Assembly (NCBI GenBank): GCA_050951325.1 | Contig: JBMNIW010000003.1 | Coordinates: forward strand, 160,001-224,000 | Direction: 5' to 3' | DNA length: 64,000 nt | From: Clostridia bacterium | Lineage (GTDB): Bacteria; Bacillota; Clostridia; UBA1212; DUPL01 | In this document: one piece after another, positions 50,117 to 59,351 of the stretch | Layout of the letters: each line of letters begins with the position of its first letter | Numbering within the stretch: position 1 is the stretch's first letter | Position numbers and translations under genes: made by a program | Notes under the pieces: generated by a model | The model's input: the letters and a program-made list of their open reading frames with translations, nothing else | What the model was told of the DNA's origin: nothing | Databases searched by the model: none

Positions 50117-51520
50117 TTATTTGTCATCATCACGGAAAGAATCTTCAATAATGAACAATGTATTCCTTTCCTTCTTTTTTGGTGTTTCCTTCCTTCCGAA
50201 GTCAGATTCAACTATGTTACTTTCTATGTAATTATCATCATCATCAACATCGTTATACTCTTTCGCACCCTTTATATTAATAGTAACACCAAACATGAAT
50301 CCAACGCCTGTAAAGATAATAATCAAAACAATAACCAGCCAGTAAGGCATGCCCTTAGGATCTGAAACAACTATGACGCCTGGTGTTTCAGCAGGTTGCG
50401 TCGGTTTGCTTGTCTCCTCAGGTGACTCGGTGGGCTCCTCATCTGTTGGAGATGGTGTTGCCTGCTGTCCTTCCTGTCTAGTAACAGTAATAACATAGTT
50501 TCTTACACTGCCATCTTCCGCTGTGCACACAACCGTTACTGTGTTTTCACCCACCACAAGATCCTTTCCACCTTCTACCACATATGTGCATTTTGTATCC
50601 TGTGTGGTTATGCTCAGTATTATTTCCGTAACCTCATTAGGTACTTCCATTGTATACTCGGTTATGTCAGAATGAAACAGTGGAGAAAGCGGATAATCAG
50701 CTTCAAGACTCTCCAATTTATTATTGCTGCTCTTTGGCTCCTCCGGTTTCTGTGCTCTTGTTACCTGTATCGTATACACTCTCTTGGTACCTGCCTCGGA
50801 CGTGACTGTTAATGTCACATTCGTTTTCCCACCTTCAACAAGGTCAGGATTGTTCACCTGAAGAGTACTTTTTTCATCTTCGCACAAAGCTGTAAACTGA
50901 AGCTTAGTTATGGAATATGGAACACTTACAGTGTAATTGACTGTGTTCTTGTTAAAGCTTGGCACCAGCGTACCGTTTGTAACATTAAGACTTTTAAGAT
51001 AATCATTGTTTGACAGCACTTTCTTAATAACAGTAGTCTCAAACTCCACATCCTCAGGGCTGACATCACTTACTTCGTCATCCATAATAAAGGTTATGAC
51101 CTGTTCCTTGAGGCGTATTTTAACCTTTGTGCCGTTCTCCAGTTCCTCTTTCACTGTAAAAGTGATATTAATAATGCCGGTTTCCTGGTTGATTGGATTT
51201 GCAAGTTTGTTGTCATCCAAAACAAACCCCAGTTCTCCTTCCGGGTGACCTTCCATCTCCTGATAAGACCATTCCTCGGTAAACTCATTTTCAATCAATA
51301 CGGCACCCTTGAGTTCAAGCTGTTCAGGATTGTACTCCAGTATGGCCTGGCAACCATATATATTGGTACCATCTATTTTGACAGTTAACACATATGTACT
51401 GCCGGCTTCGACAGTATCAGCACCTGCCAATAGAAACCTTCTTTCCCCTTCTGCATTTATTGAAATCAAACCGGAAAGAAGAAGTAACAATACAATAAAA
51501 ATCACAGTTATTTTCCTCAT
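50117..51520 (-). CDS. Membrane-anchored protein: cohesin-like domain, two cadherin-like beta-sandwich domains, PT linker, TM
   Basis: Signal peptide; GCQAILEYNPEQLE cohesin-like; two LxSL...F...Y...AE(D)G...Y.I.VTR repeats; C-terminal TM and acidic tail. Confidence 0.78.
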   Translation of the reverse strand: MRKITVIFIVLLLLLSGLISINAEGERRFLLAGADTVEAGSTYVLTVKIDGTNIYGCQAILEYNPEQLELKGAVLIENEFTEEWSYQEMEGHPEGELGFVLDDNKLANPINQETGIINITFTVKEELENGTKVKIRLKEQVITFIMDDEVSDVSPEDVEFETTVIKKVLSNNDYLKSLNVTNGTLVPSFNKNTVNYTVSVPYSITKLQFTALCEDEKSTLQVNNPDLVEGGKTNVTLTVTSEAGTKRVYTIQVTRAQKPEEPKSSNNKLESLEADYPLSPLFHSDITEYTMEVPNEVTEIILSITTQDTKCTYVVEGGKDLVVGENTVTVVCTAEDGSVRNYVITVTRQEGQQATPSPTDEEPTESPEETSKPTQPAETPGVIVVSDPKGMPYWLVIVLIIIFTGVGFMFGVTINIKGAKEYNDVDDDDNYIESNIVESDFGRKETPKKKERNTLFIIEDSFRDDDK

Positions 51521-51540
51521 ATTTCCTCCATCAAATGTGT

Positions 51541-52455
51541 TTAATTTGGTACAATATACTTTTTATTTAATACATCTGCATTTATAGCTATATAATCTGT
51601 TATGTTTATTTCCCCATTATTATTTACATCAGCAGCGGTAAAATATATGCCCTCCAGCTTTTTCTTGTTAAGTAAGTGGGCCCTGACAGCTATCAAATCA
51701 GTTACATTTATCTCTCCGTCACCGTTGGCGTCACCGGTAACACATATTAAATATTCATTTATCTCTCCATTCAGTTCAAACCGTGCTTTCATGCCGGTTC
51801 CCACATATTCTTCTTCATCCACCCTCTTGTCATTCTTGTCAATTATCTCAACATTTAATGCACTTAAACTTTCTGTAAAATCCTTAACTGTGGTATCCTT
51901 ATGTATCTTGGAAAGCAATCTGTCTTCAACACTTATGTTGTAATCCGTTATGTAAATGGAAACAGTATTCATATCAAACTCAAGATTATTAAAATCCTTG
52001 TCTGCAAGAATAACAGAAGACAAATAAATTTCCTTCAAAACATCCACATCTTCTCCAATTACCTCAAGCTGAAAAGAAAACACTTCTCCTCCCTTTTCAA
52101 CCAGTTTAACTACATCCACATAGCTATAGTAAACCTCACTGCTTCCTTTTCTATGACCCATTGTAATAATTGGGGTTCCTTCTTCTGTTTGCAAATGATT
52201 TTGTATTGAATCCTCAACTACAGAAAAAAGACTTGTATCTATTGGGATACAAGCTTCAATAACACCTATATTGTTAGAGCTGTATCCCAATAGAGACACA
52301 GTCACGTCAACCAAATCGCCGTAACTGGCTAAACTTTTGTTCAGGGATACACTTACGGACAAACTTTCTTCCCCGGCATTCGTTTCACATAGTGGAAACA
52401 GCAGTATTGAAACTATTAAAACAACAACAAATACATTACCAGCCTTTGTTCGCAC
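51541..52455 (-). CDS. Secreted cohesin-like + type I dockerin protein
   Basis: GDANGDGEINVTD...ADVNNNGEINITD duplicated Ca-binding loops; N-terminal beta-sandwich. Confidence 0.82.
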   Translation of the reverse strand: MRTKAGNVFVVVLIVSILLFPLCETNAGEESLSVSVSLNKSLASYGDLVDVTVSLLGYSSNNIGVIEACIPIDTSLFSVVEDSIQNHLQTEEGTPIITMGHRKGSSEVYYSYVDVVKLVEKGGEVFSFQLEVIGEDVDVLKEIYLSSVILADKDFNNLEFDMNTVSIYITDYNISVEDRLLSKIHKDTTVKDFTESLSALNVEIIDKNDKRVDEEEYVGTGMKARFELNGEINEYLICVTGDANGDGEINVTDLIAVRAHLLNKKKLEGIYFTAADVNNNGEINITDYIAINADVLNKKYIVPN

Positions 52456-53098
52456 CGAAAAACTCCCTTGTCAGTCTCTTTGGTTCGCCGTACTGTTTTC
52501 CTTTAAGCTTAAGATAAACACTTTCTATAAAGATGGGATATACCGGCTCATATCCCAAAGCTCTTCCAACATTCTTGACTCTGCTAATCTCATCCAGTAG
52601 CTCGAGTCCCTTGGTCACACGTCCGAATGCGGCAAACTTGCCATCGTATTCTTCGGTGTCGTCAAGCTGAATGAAAAAGTCTCCAACAGCAGAATCATAA
52701 CTGGCAGCATATCTTGACATGGCGACTACTCCTCGTTCAAACTTAATATCGTTCTGGGTGAATCCATTTTCCTTGAACTCTCCCTTTATCGCATATCTCA
52801 CGCCACCAAGCTGGACATTTTTGGGATCCCCAATCTCCACCAGCTTGTCGGGTCTGACCTGACATATTTGGATTCCATCGTAGAATCCAAGATTTGCAAG
52901 ATATATTATGTTTTTCACCGTATTTGGTGCCTTGTCGGGATACATCTCAATTTCAATAATACCCTCAATACCGAACCTTTCGCTCTTAATGTTAAGCACC
53001 AATACTGGATTGTCATTTTTTTCTTTTGAACATCCGGTAGCCAATGTAACCAGAATTACAACTGCCATACAAAAGGCCAGAAACTTTTTCATAAACAC
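52436..53098 (-). CDS. Cyclophilin-type lipoprotein with a degenerate active site
   Basis: Lipobox ATGC; YPDKAPNTVKN, GFYDG, IKGEF, AAFGRV. Confidence 0.85.
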   Translation of the reverse strand: MFMKKFLAFCMAVVILVTLATGCSKEKNDNPVLVLNIKSERFGIEGIIEIEMYPDKAPNTVKNIIYLANLGFYDGIQICQVRPDKLVEIGDPKNVQLGGVRYAIKGEFKENGFTQNDIKFERGVVAMSRYAASYDSAVGDFFIQLDDTEEYDGKFAAFGRVTKGLELLDEISRVKNVGRALGYEPVYPIFIESVYLKLKGKQYGEPKRLTREFFGANKGW

Positions 53099-53106
53099 AT
53101 CCCCAA

Positions 53107-53697
53107 TTATTCTTTACCCATTCTTCTTCTTAGAACTTCCTCTCTTGCCACTGAGTAACCAAAAAAACCCAATCTTTTGTCCAAGGCAAAATACTCACCA
53201 TGAGCATATGATATCAAATTAGCCTTGGCTAAATCAAGCTTCCCTTTATCATCCGACAAGGACGCATCTGTATAAACTGCAACGACCTCCCCAATAAACA
53301 TATCATGGGAACCCAGGGATACAACTTCCTTAACCTCACACTCAATGTTTACAGGGCTTTCTTTAATCAATGGAACCCCAGTAATGTCACCGTAGAACTT
53401 AGTGAAGTTGCATTCCTTGAATTTGTCAATTTCCTTACCGGACTTGACACCGCACCAATCTGCTCTTTCTACAATATCAGTAGACACCAAATTCACACCA
53501 AAAGTCTTGTGTTTGTTAATAATATCGTAGGAATATCTCTGTCTTCTGACAGAAATCGATATCATTGGTGGCTCTGAATTTACAGTACCCACCCAGGCTA
53601 CAGTTATGATATTCGAAACACTTTTGTCTCCCAGCGATACCATAACTACCGGCACAGGACTTAGCAATGTTGATGGTTTGAATTTGATTTTATCCAT
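53107..53697 (-). CDS. Flavin reductase/flavoredoxin family protein
   Basis: PVPVVMV, NIITVAW, CGVKSG, ESPVNIEC, GSHDMFIGEV. Confidence 0.9.
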   Translation of the reverse strand: MDKIKFKPSTLLSPVPVVMVSLGDKSVSNIITVAWVGTVNSEPPMISISVRRQRYSYDIINKHKTFGVNLVSTDIVERADWCGVKSGKEIDKFKECNFTKFYGDITGVPLIKESPVNIECEVKEVVSLGSHDMFIGEVVAVYTDASLSDDKGKLDLAKANLISYAHGEYFALDKRLGFFGYSVAREEVLRRRMGKE

Positions 53698-53759
53698 TTA
53701 AACCACTCCTTTCGGTACAGATATATTATATAACATTTACCGAAATAGTAAAACATCTT

Positions 53760-54311
53760 TCATATATCTCCAAGTATCTCTGAAACCTTGGTATTAACAA
53801 AGGTTTTCAACCATATCAGAACCTCATACGTTGTTATTGGCACATCCTCCAGTTCCTTTTTGATTTCCATGGTTGATATTGCAGCACTTCCCATTAAATT
53901 CTCAAGCCTTAGCACATAATCAATTTCTGGCTTTGACATAATCAATGTCTGAAAAGTTTCCCCTATATCTCCAAGTGGGAGTCTGTCAATATGCGAAACA
54001 ACCATTTTCCCTTTAATGGTTGTTCCCTCTTTCCTTCTTGATACAATTTCGACGTGCCCACCCGTCATTTCACATGCCTGTTTGAAAAAAGGAATCCCGA
54101 GGCCAACATTTCTTGTAGTTCTGCCGGTTGTAAAAGGATCCACAACCTTCGAAAGCATTTCGCTGTCCATGCCTACACCATTATCCGTTATGCTTACTAT
54201 AAGTTCGTCCTTGTCAAAGTCAACTTTTATCAATATGTCAATTCTGCTTGCTTGCGCTTTGATTGAATTTTCACAAAGATCCATAATGTGCAGTGAAATA
54301 TCTCTCAGCAT
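53760..54311 (-). CDS. Stand-alone GHKL/HATPase kinase-like protein (hydrogenase-associated)
   Basis: DLCENSIKA, DNGVGM, DPFTT, GLGIP, HIDRLPLGD. Confidence 0.85.
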   Translation of the reverse strand: MLRDISLHIMDLCENSIKAQASRIDILIKVDFDKDELIVSITDNGVGMDSEMLSKVVDPFTTGRTTRNVGLGIPFFKQACEMTGGHVEIVSRRKEGTTIKGKMVVSHIDRLPLGDIGETFQTLIMSKPEIDYVLRLENLMGSAAISTMEIKKELEDVPITTYEVLIWLKTFVNTKVSEILGDI

Positions 54312-55045
54312 GGTTCTGTCCTTTCATAAATAATTCTATTATTCTTAAGAGCTTCAATAACACTTTTGGCATCAAGCCGTTCACATTCAAGATACATGTC
54401 ATGTTTGTCTATTTGTGTTAAATCATGACTGTCTGACGCCTTTAATAGATTATATTTTTTTAGTTGCGGATATTTCTCAATTATGTCGGATTTGCAATCA
54501 ATGGATATTTCAACAAATTTGTAAGGATAATCAAACGGTATGAAGGCCAGCTGGGAAAACACGCTGTAGGAATCCCGGTCCACATGAGCAGGATAAGCAA
54601 TACCCCCAAAACCTTCTATCATTGAAAAAACATCATCTATCCCTATATCCGTAGCACATAGGAGCATGTCGTCATACTCGCCGATTATCTCGTCTTCCTC
54701 GTCAAACATTAGCTGTCTTCCAAATATATCGGGATTGTTTTTTAATCCCGTCATTGACTTATGCACCACGCCCTGGAAATCAAGAACCTGCTCCAATGTT
54801 TCGAAAAGACATACAACGTGCACCTCTTCCCTTGTTTCAAGCTCCATTCCAGGAATAACAAGCACATCAAACTGTTCGCCATACTTTATTGCAGGACGCA
54901 CATTCAATGCAATATTGTGGTCCGTTATTGCAATCGCATCAAGGCCGGCAAGAGACGCCATGGCTACTATGTTGCCAGGGGTCATGTCTTCGTCCGCACA
55001 TGGTGACAAGGCGGTATGAATATGCAAATCCGCATAGACTTTCAT
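54305..55045 (-). CDS. PHP-domain phosphoesterase
   Basis: DLHIHT, TDHN, EEVH, PAHVDR, SDSH. Confidence 0.88.
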   Translation of the reverse strand: MKVYADLHIHTALSPCADEDMTPGNIVAMASLAGLDAIAITDHNIALNVRPAIKYGEQFDVLVIPGMELETREEVHVVCLFETLEQVLDFQGVVHKSMTGLKNNPDIFGRQLMFDEEDEIIGEYDDMLLCATDIGIDDVFSMIEGFGGIAYPAHVDRDSYSVFSQLAFIPFDYPYKFVEISIDCKSDIIEKYPQLKKYNLLKASDSHDLTQIDKHDMYLECERLDAKSVIEALKNNRIIYERTEPC

Positions 55046-55365
55046 ATCAATTTGCTTGATTTTATAATTATCTCAGCAGTCGGCATGGATGAGCCCAGCA
55101 ATGTCACGCCATTTTCCCTGGCTTTTTTCACTACCTGCTCATCTGCCTTAACACCTTCTGCAAGAACAATGCAAGCAACTTCGGCAAGAGAAGCCACTGC
55201 AACTATATTAACATTGTTCATGACAGTCACCCAAAGATCTCCGGTCTTTGCGTGAGATATAACCCAGCTTAAGAGGTCGCATGCATAAATCCCTGTTATT
55301 TCTTTTTCTCCATCGCCTGTTATCAAAGTCATTCCCAGCTCTTCAACCAAAGTCTTAACCTTCAT
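55042..55365 (-). CDS. Stand-alone DRTGG-domain protein
   Basis: CDLLSWV, WVT...NIVAVA. Confidence 0.8.
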   Translation of the reverse strand: MKVKTLVEELGMTLITGDGEKEITGIYACDLLSWVISHAKTGDLWVTVMNNVNIVAVASLAEVACIVLAEGVKADEQVVKKARENGVTLLGSSMPTAEIIIKSSKLI

Positions 55366-56690
55366 ATATCTCCATCCTTCTTGTTCTCCTCTCCTATAAC
55401 AGGAGGCATCCTGCTCTCCAAAGCCATCATTTCTTCAGCAAGCTTTCTTACCTTCCTTCTAAGAACGAATATGCAGTCAGTAATGTCTGCAATCCCCCTC
55501 ACTATATCTTCAGCAAGAGCCTTGCAGCTTGGAGCACCACAAGCTCCGCAGTCCAGTGCAGGTAATTCATCACACAGACTTACCATCCTGTCATACTTTC
55601 TCATTGCCTCTGATATGTCGGTATCCAGTTTTGTAACATCTTTATGTATAATTGGGCAGTCAAACTCATACTCTTCCATTTCAGAATCAGCTATGGACAA
55701 TCCATGAGAAGGCAGGGATTCTTTAAACTTTTTGGTTCTTGCCGTTGCAACAAACATATTCTCCACAGCCAGCGGACCTCCCAGACATCCACCTGTACAT
55801 GCAGAGGCTTCTATAAAATCCACATCTTCAATACTGTCATTTTCAAGTTCCTCAAATATTTTAATAACATTGTGAATACCATCAACGGCAAGTATCTTTT
55901 CAGTATTAAGAGCAACAGCCTCTCCTCCGTCAGCAGCCCAACGGACACCCTTGTATCCAGCCTGATTACTGTCTGGCAATTCCTCATCTTTTATCTTAGC
56001 CAGCTGCTTGAACATCCTGAAGTAAACCGTCTTTATTGACAATACACCGTCCACATTGGATTTGCTAATACCAATAGGAGACTTTACAGCTGTCATTTTA
56101 GCCGCACACGGGGATATAAAGAAAACTCCCACCTCGGAAGGAGAAACATTATGCTCCTCGCAAAATTCTTTTTTTGCATTGATAGCGGCCATCTCCATTG
56201 GCGACTTTATCTTAAGCAGGTTGGGTATCAAATTAGGGTAATTTAGCTGAATCAGCTTAACAACCGCAGGACATGCCGATGATATTACGGGTCTTTGATA
56301 CGATTCCGTTTTCAATATTTTATTCGTAATTGATGTTACAATTTCAGCGCCTCTTGCCACTTCATACACATAATCAAATCCCAACATTTGCAGAGCCTTG
56401 ATTACATGTTCCTTTGAAGGAGCATTGGCAAACTGCATGTATAAAGAAGGTGCAGGCAAGGCAATTCTATACTTGAATTTAGACAAGTCGTCCCATGTGT
56501 CTGTTTGTGCAATCTTTGCCTTGTAAGGGCATGTTCTCAGACACTCTCCACAATCAATACACTTTTCATTTATTATTATGGCTTTTCCATTTCTGACCCG
56601 TATGGCTTCCGTTGGGCATTTCTTTATACAATTGGTGCAACCCTTGCACAATTTATTATCAAGAACTACGGAGTGATAATAGTCATCCAC
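55362..56690 (-). CDS. Group D-type (putative sensory) [FeFe] hydrogenase
   Basis: Two N-terminal 4Fe-4S motifs; altered H-cluster motifs SSACPA, SPCAAK, EASACTGGCLGG; C-terminal CGACGAPSC. Confidence 0.82.
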   Translation of the reverse strand: MDDYYHSVVLDNKLCKGCTNCIKKCPTEAIRVRNGKAIIINEKCIDCGECLRTCPYKAKIAQTDTWDDLSKFKYRIALPAPSLYMQFANAPSKEHVIKALQMLGFDYVYEVARGAEIVTSITNKILKTESYQRPVISSACPAVVKLIQLNYPNLIPNLLKIKSPMEMAAINAKKEFCEEHNVSPSEVGVFFISPCAAKMTAVKSPIGISKSNVDGVLSIKTVYFRMFKQLAKIKDEELPDSNQAGYKGVRWAADGGEAVALNTEKILAVDGIHNVIKIFEELENDSIEDVDFIEASACTGGCLGGPLAVENMFVATARTKKFKESLPSHGLSIADSEMEEYEFDCPIIHKDVTKLDTDISEAMRKYDRMVSLCDELPALDCGACGAPSCKALAEDIVRGIADITDCIFVLRRKVRKLAEEMMALESRMPPVIGEENKKDGDI

Positions 56691-56716
56691 ATTCCCCAAC
56701 CTCCTTTTCACTCACT

Positions 56717-57151
56717 TCAGGACAGGTATACGGTAATCGTTACAACAGTACCGACACCTACTTCACTTTCAACAGCAAGATCATCTGCATATCTTTTCAT
56801 GTTAGGCAAGCCCATGCCAGCTCCAAATCCCATTTCTCTAATATGTTCCGGGGCTGTGGACCATCCTTCCATCATGGCTTTCTCAATATCAGGAATTCCG
56901 GGGCCATTGTCGGATATTTTAACCATCAACTTTTCTGGAGTTATTTCAACGTATGCTTCTCCACCACTTGCGTGGATTACCGTATTTATTTCCGCCTCGT
57001 ACATGGCAATTGTAAAGCGCTTAATAAGTTCATGTCTTATTCCCAGCTTGTTGAGCGTCTTTTTTACATGGCTGGAGGCTTCTCCAGCTGAGATAAAATC
57101 TTCTGCAGCAATGGTGTAACGCAGTGTAACTTTCTGCCCACTCAATCCCAT
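56717..57151 (-). CDS. RsbT-like Ser/Thr kinase / anti-sigma regulatory factor
   Basis: YEAEIN, DNGPGIPD, GWST, GAGMGLPN. Confidence 0.88.
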   Translation of the reverse strand: MGLSGQKVTLRYTIAAEDFISAGEASSHVKKTLNKLGIRHELIKRFTIAMYEAEINTVIHASGGEAYVEITPEKLMVKISDNGPGIPDIEKAMMEGWSTAPEHIREMGFGAGMGLPNMKRYADDLAVESEVGVGTVVTITVYLS

Positions 57152-57495
57152 ACCCCCCGTCCCGTTAGTCCCGCCTTGTACAAAAGACCGCAGGCAATAA
57201 ACATGGGGTTTTTAGTAGATAATATGGTAATACCTTTTGATTTGGCAAGTTCAATAATCTGTTCCGTTGGCTGTTTGCCTCGTACAAAACAAACAACCTT
57301 TATATCCATCATTTCAGCCGTTCTTACAACCTGCACGTTTATGAGGCCAGTAAGCAATATGACATTGTCTTTGACAAAAGCCATTACATCGCTCATCAGG
57401 TCTGCTCCGCAACCTGCCTGTATGTCAAGTTCAAGATTTTCCTCACCAGTCAAAATTTCTGCATCCAAGGTTTTTACAATATCTCTGACAAGCAT
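57142..57495 (-). CDS. Stand-alone DRTGG-domain protein
   Basis: GADLMSDV, LLTGL.N.QVVRTAEM, FVRGK. Confidence 0.82.
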   Translation of the reverse strand: MLVRDIVKTLDAEILTGEENLELDIQAGCGADLMSDVMAFVKDNVILLTGLINVQVVRTAEMMDIKVVCFVRGKQPTEQIIELAKSKGITILSTKNPMFIACGLLYKAGLTGRGVWD

Positions 57496-57520
57496 AAGTT
57501 CTCCTCTCAATAGTAAAATA

Positions 57521-57550
57521 GGGTTGTAGCTTGATACCAAGCTACAGCCC
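57521..57550 (-). terminator. Hairpin between hydA and the regulatory module
   Basis: GGGTTGTAGCTTG-ATAC-CAAGCTACAGCCC. Confidence 0.6.
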
Positions 57551-57572
57551 TTATATTATCATACAATTTCAC

Positions 57573-59330
57573 TTAGTTATCAAGGGGATAGTTAGCTCTC
57601 TGCTGATAGGTTGTATGCAGATCATGGTGAGCCTTTTCGCTTCCAGGTTCTCCATAATACTCGCCGTAGAGTTTCTTGATAAACGGATTATCATGGGACT
57701 TTCTGATTGGCAGAGACCTGTCTTCAGCGTAAATCGCCTTGGTTCTTTCAACTCTAAGGTCAATCCAGCTCCTAACTTCTGATGGCTGGATTATCTGTCC
57801 ACCACCATTTACGCATCCGCCTGGGCATGCCATGATTTCAATAAAATCATACTCAGCCTCGCCTGCACGGATTCTGTCAAGAACCTTCCTCGCATTTCCA
57901 AGACCGTGAACTACACAAGCTCTTATCACTTTGCCGGCAACTTCAATCTGAGCTTCTTTGATTCCTTGAACACCTCTTACCTCGGTGTACTCAATCTTGT
58001 CCTCAGGCAGCGACTCTCCACTTAGGATATCGGCAACTGTCCTAAGAGCAGCCTCCATAACACCGCCTGTTGCGCCGAAGATGACTCCCGCACCGGATGC
58101 ATCTCCAATAGGATCGTCGAAGGTTTCGTCTTCGAGGTTAACAAAATCTATACCAGCTTCGTCAATCATTTGAGCAAGCTCTCTTGTAGTCAGTACATAA
58201 TCAACATCAGGATATCCTGCTGCTGAAAGCTCAGGTCTGCCCGCCTCAAACTTCTTGGCAGTGCATGGCATGATTGATACAACTACAATCTTTTCCGGTT
58301 CTATGTTCATTTTCTTTGCATAGTATGTCTTAAGCACTGCACCAAACATTTCATGTGGTGATTTGCAGCTTGACAAATTGTCCAGGAAATCAGGATAGTT
58401 GTGCTCGCAGAACTTAATCCATCCAGGACTGCAGGATGTAATGAGCGGCAGTTTACCGCCATTCTGCATTCTCTGCAGAAGCTCTGTACCTTCCTCCATT
58501 ATTGTCAGGTCGGCAGCTGTATCAGTATCAAATACCTTGTCAAAACCAAGCTTCTTAAGCGCGCTAACCATTTTGCCTGTTGGACGTGAACCTAATGGCA
58601 TTCCAAAAGCTTCACCTATTGATACTCTGACAGCAGGAGCAGTCTGAACAACAACATACTTGTCAGGGTCGTTGATTGCAGACCAAACCTTTTCGATGTC
58701 GCTCTTCTCATAGATTGCACCAACCGGGCATACATTTATGCACTGTCCGCAGTTTACGCATGGAGTGTTGGCAAGAGGTATGTCAAACGCAGTACCAATC
58801 TTGGTATCGAAACCTCTGCTGACAGTCTCTAAAACGCTTACAGTCTGAACATTCTGACAAACACTTACACATCTTCTGCAAAGTATGCATTTGTTGTTGT
58901 CCCTTACAATTGAAGGTGACAAATTATCTATATCATGTTCTGTCTGTTCGCCCTTATAGCGTATATCTCTTATGTTCAATTCCTTTGACAACTTTTGAAG
59001 CTCGCAATTGTTAGACCTTACACAAGTGAGGCACTCCCTGTCATGATTTGAGAGTATGAGCTCCAAAGTAACTTTTCTGGCTCTTCTTACCTTGTCGGAG
59101 TTGGTCTTTATTTCAAGACCTTCCGCTACAGGATAAACACATGCAGCCTGAAGAGCCCTTGCACCTTTAACTTCCACAACGCACATTCTGCAGGCACCAA
59201 TTTCATTGATGTCCTTCAGGAAGCACAGCGTTGGGATGCGTATATTTGCTTGTCTGGCAGCTTCCAGTATGGTAGTGCCTTCAGGCACCTGCATATTCAT
59301 GCCATCTATCGTTATATTAACCATTTTCAT
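57573..59330 (-). CDS. hydA: [FeFe] hydrogenase catalytic subunit, group A3 (HydA/HndD)
   Basis: TSCSPGW, MPCTAKKFE, EIMACPGGCVNGGG; N-terminal FeS domains. Confidence 0.94.
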   Translation of the reverse strand: MKMVNITIDGMNMQVPEGTTILEAARQANIRIPTLCFLKDINEIGACRMCVVEVKGARALQAACVYPVAEGLEIKTNSDKVRRARKVTLELILSNHDRECLTCVRSNNCELQKLSKELNIRDIRYKGEQTEHDIDNLSPSIVRDNNKCILCRRCVSVCQNVQTVSVLETVSRGFDTKIGTAFDIPLANTPCVNCGQCINVCPVGAIYEKSDIEKVWSAINDPDKYVVVQTAPAVRVSIGEAFGMPLGSRPTGKMVSALKKLGFDKVFDTDTAADLTIMEEGTELLQRMQNGGKLPLITSCSPGWIKFCEHNYPDFLDNLSSCKSPHEMFGAVLKTYYAKKMNIEPEKIVVVSIMPCTAKKFEAGRPELSAAGYPDVDYVLTTRELAQMIDEAGIDFVNLEDETFDDPIGDASGAGVIFGATGGVMEAALRTVADILSGESLPEDKIEYTEVRGVQGIKEAQIEVAGKVIRACVVHGLGNARKVLDRIRAGEAEYDFIEIMACPGGCVNGGGQIIQPSEVRSWIDLRVERTKAIYAEDRSLPIRKSHDNPFIKKLYGEYYGEPGSEKAHHDLHTTYQQRANYPLDN

Positions 59331-59351
59331 AGTGTAATCCTCTTTCCTCCT

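Noticed and set aside
50117-52455. True cellulosome scaffoldin cluster
   Set aside because: Only single cohesin-like domains, no CBM3, and no dockerin-bearing enzymes in the window
21256-57554. Shared 14-mer GCTACAGCCCTTAT at 21256 and 57541, both in intergenic hairpins
   Set aside because: Only two copies with different flanks; a 14-bp match is expected by chance in 64 kb
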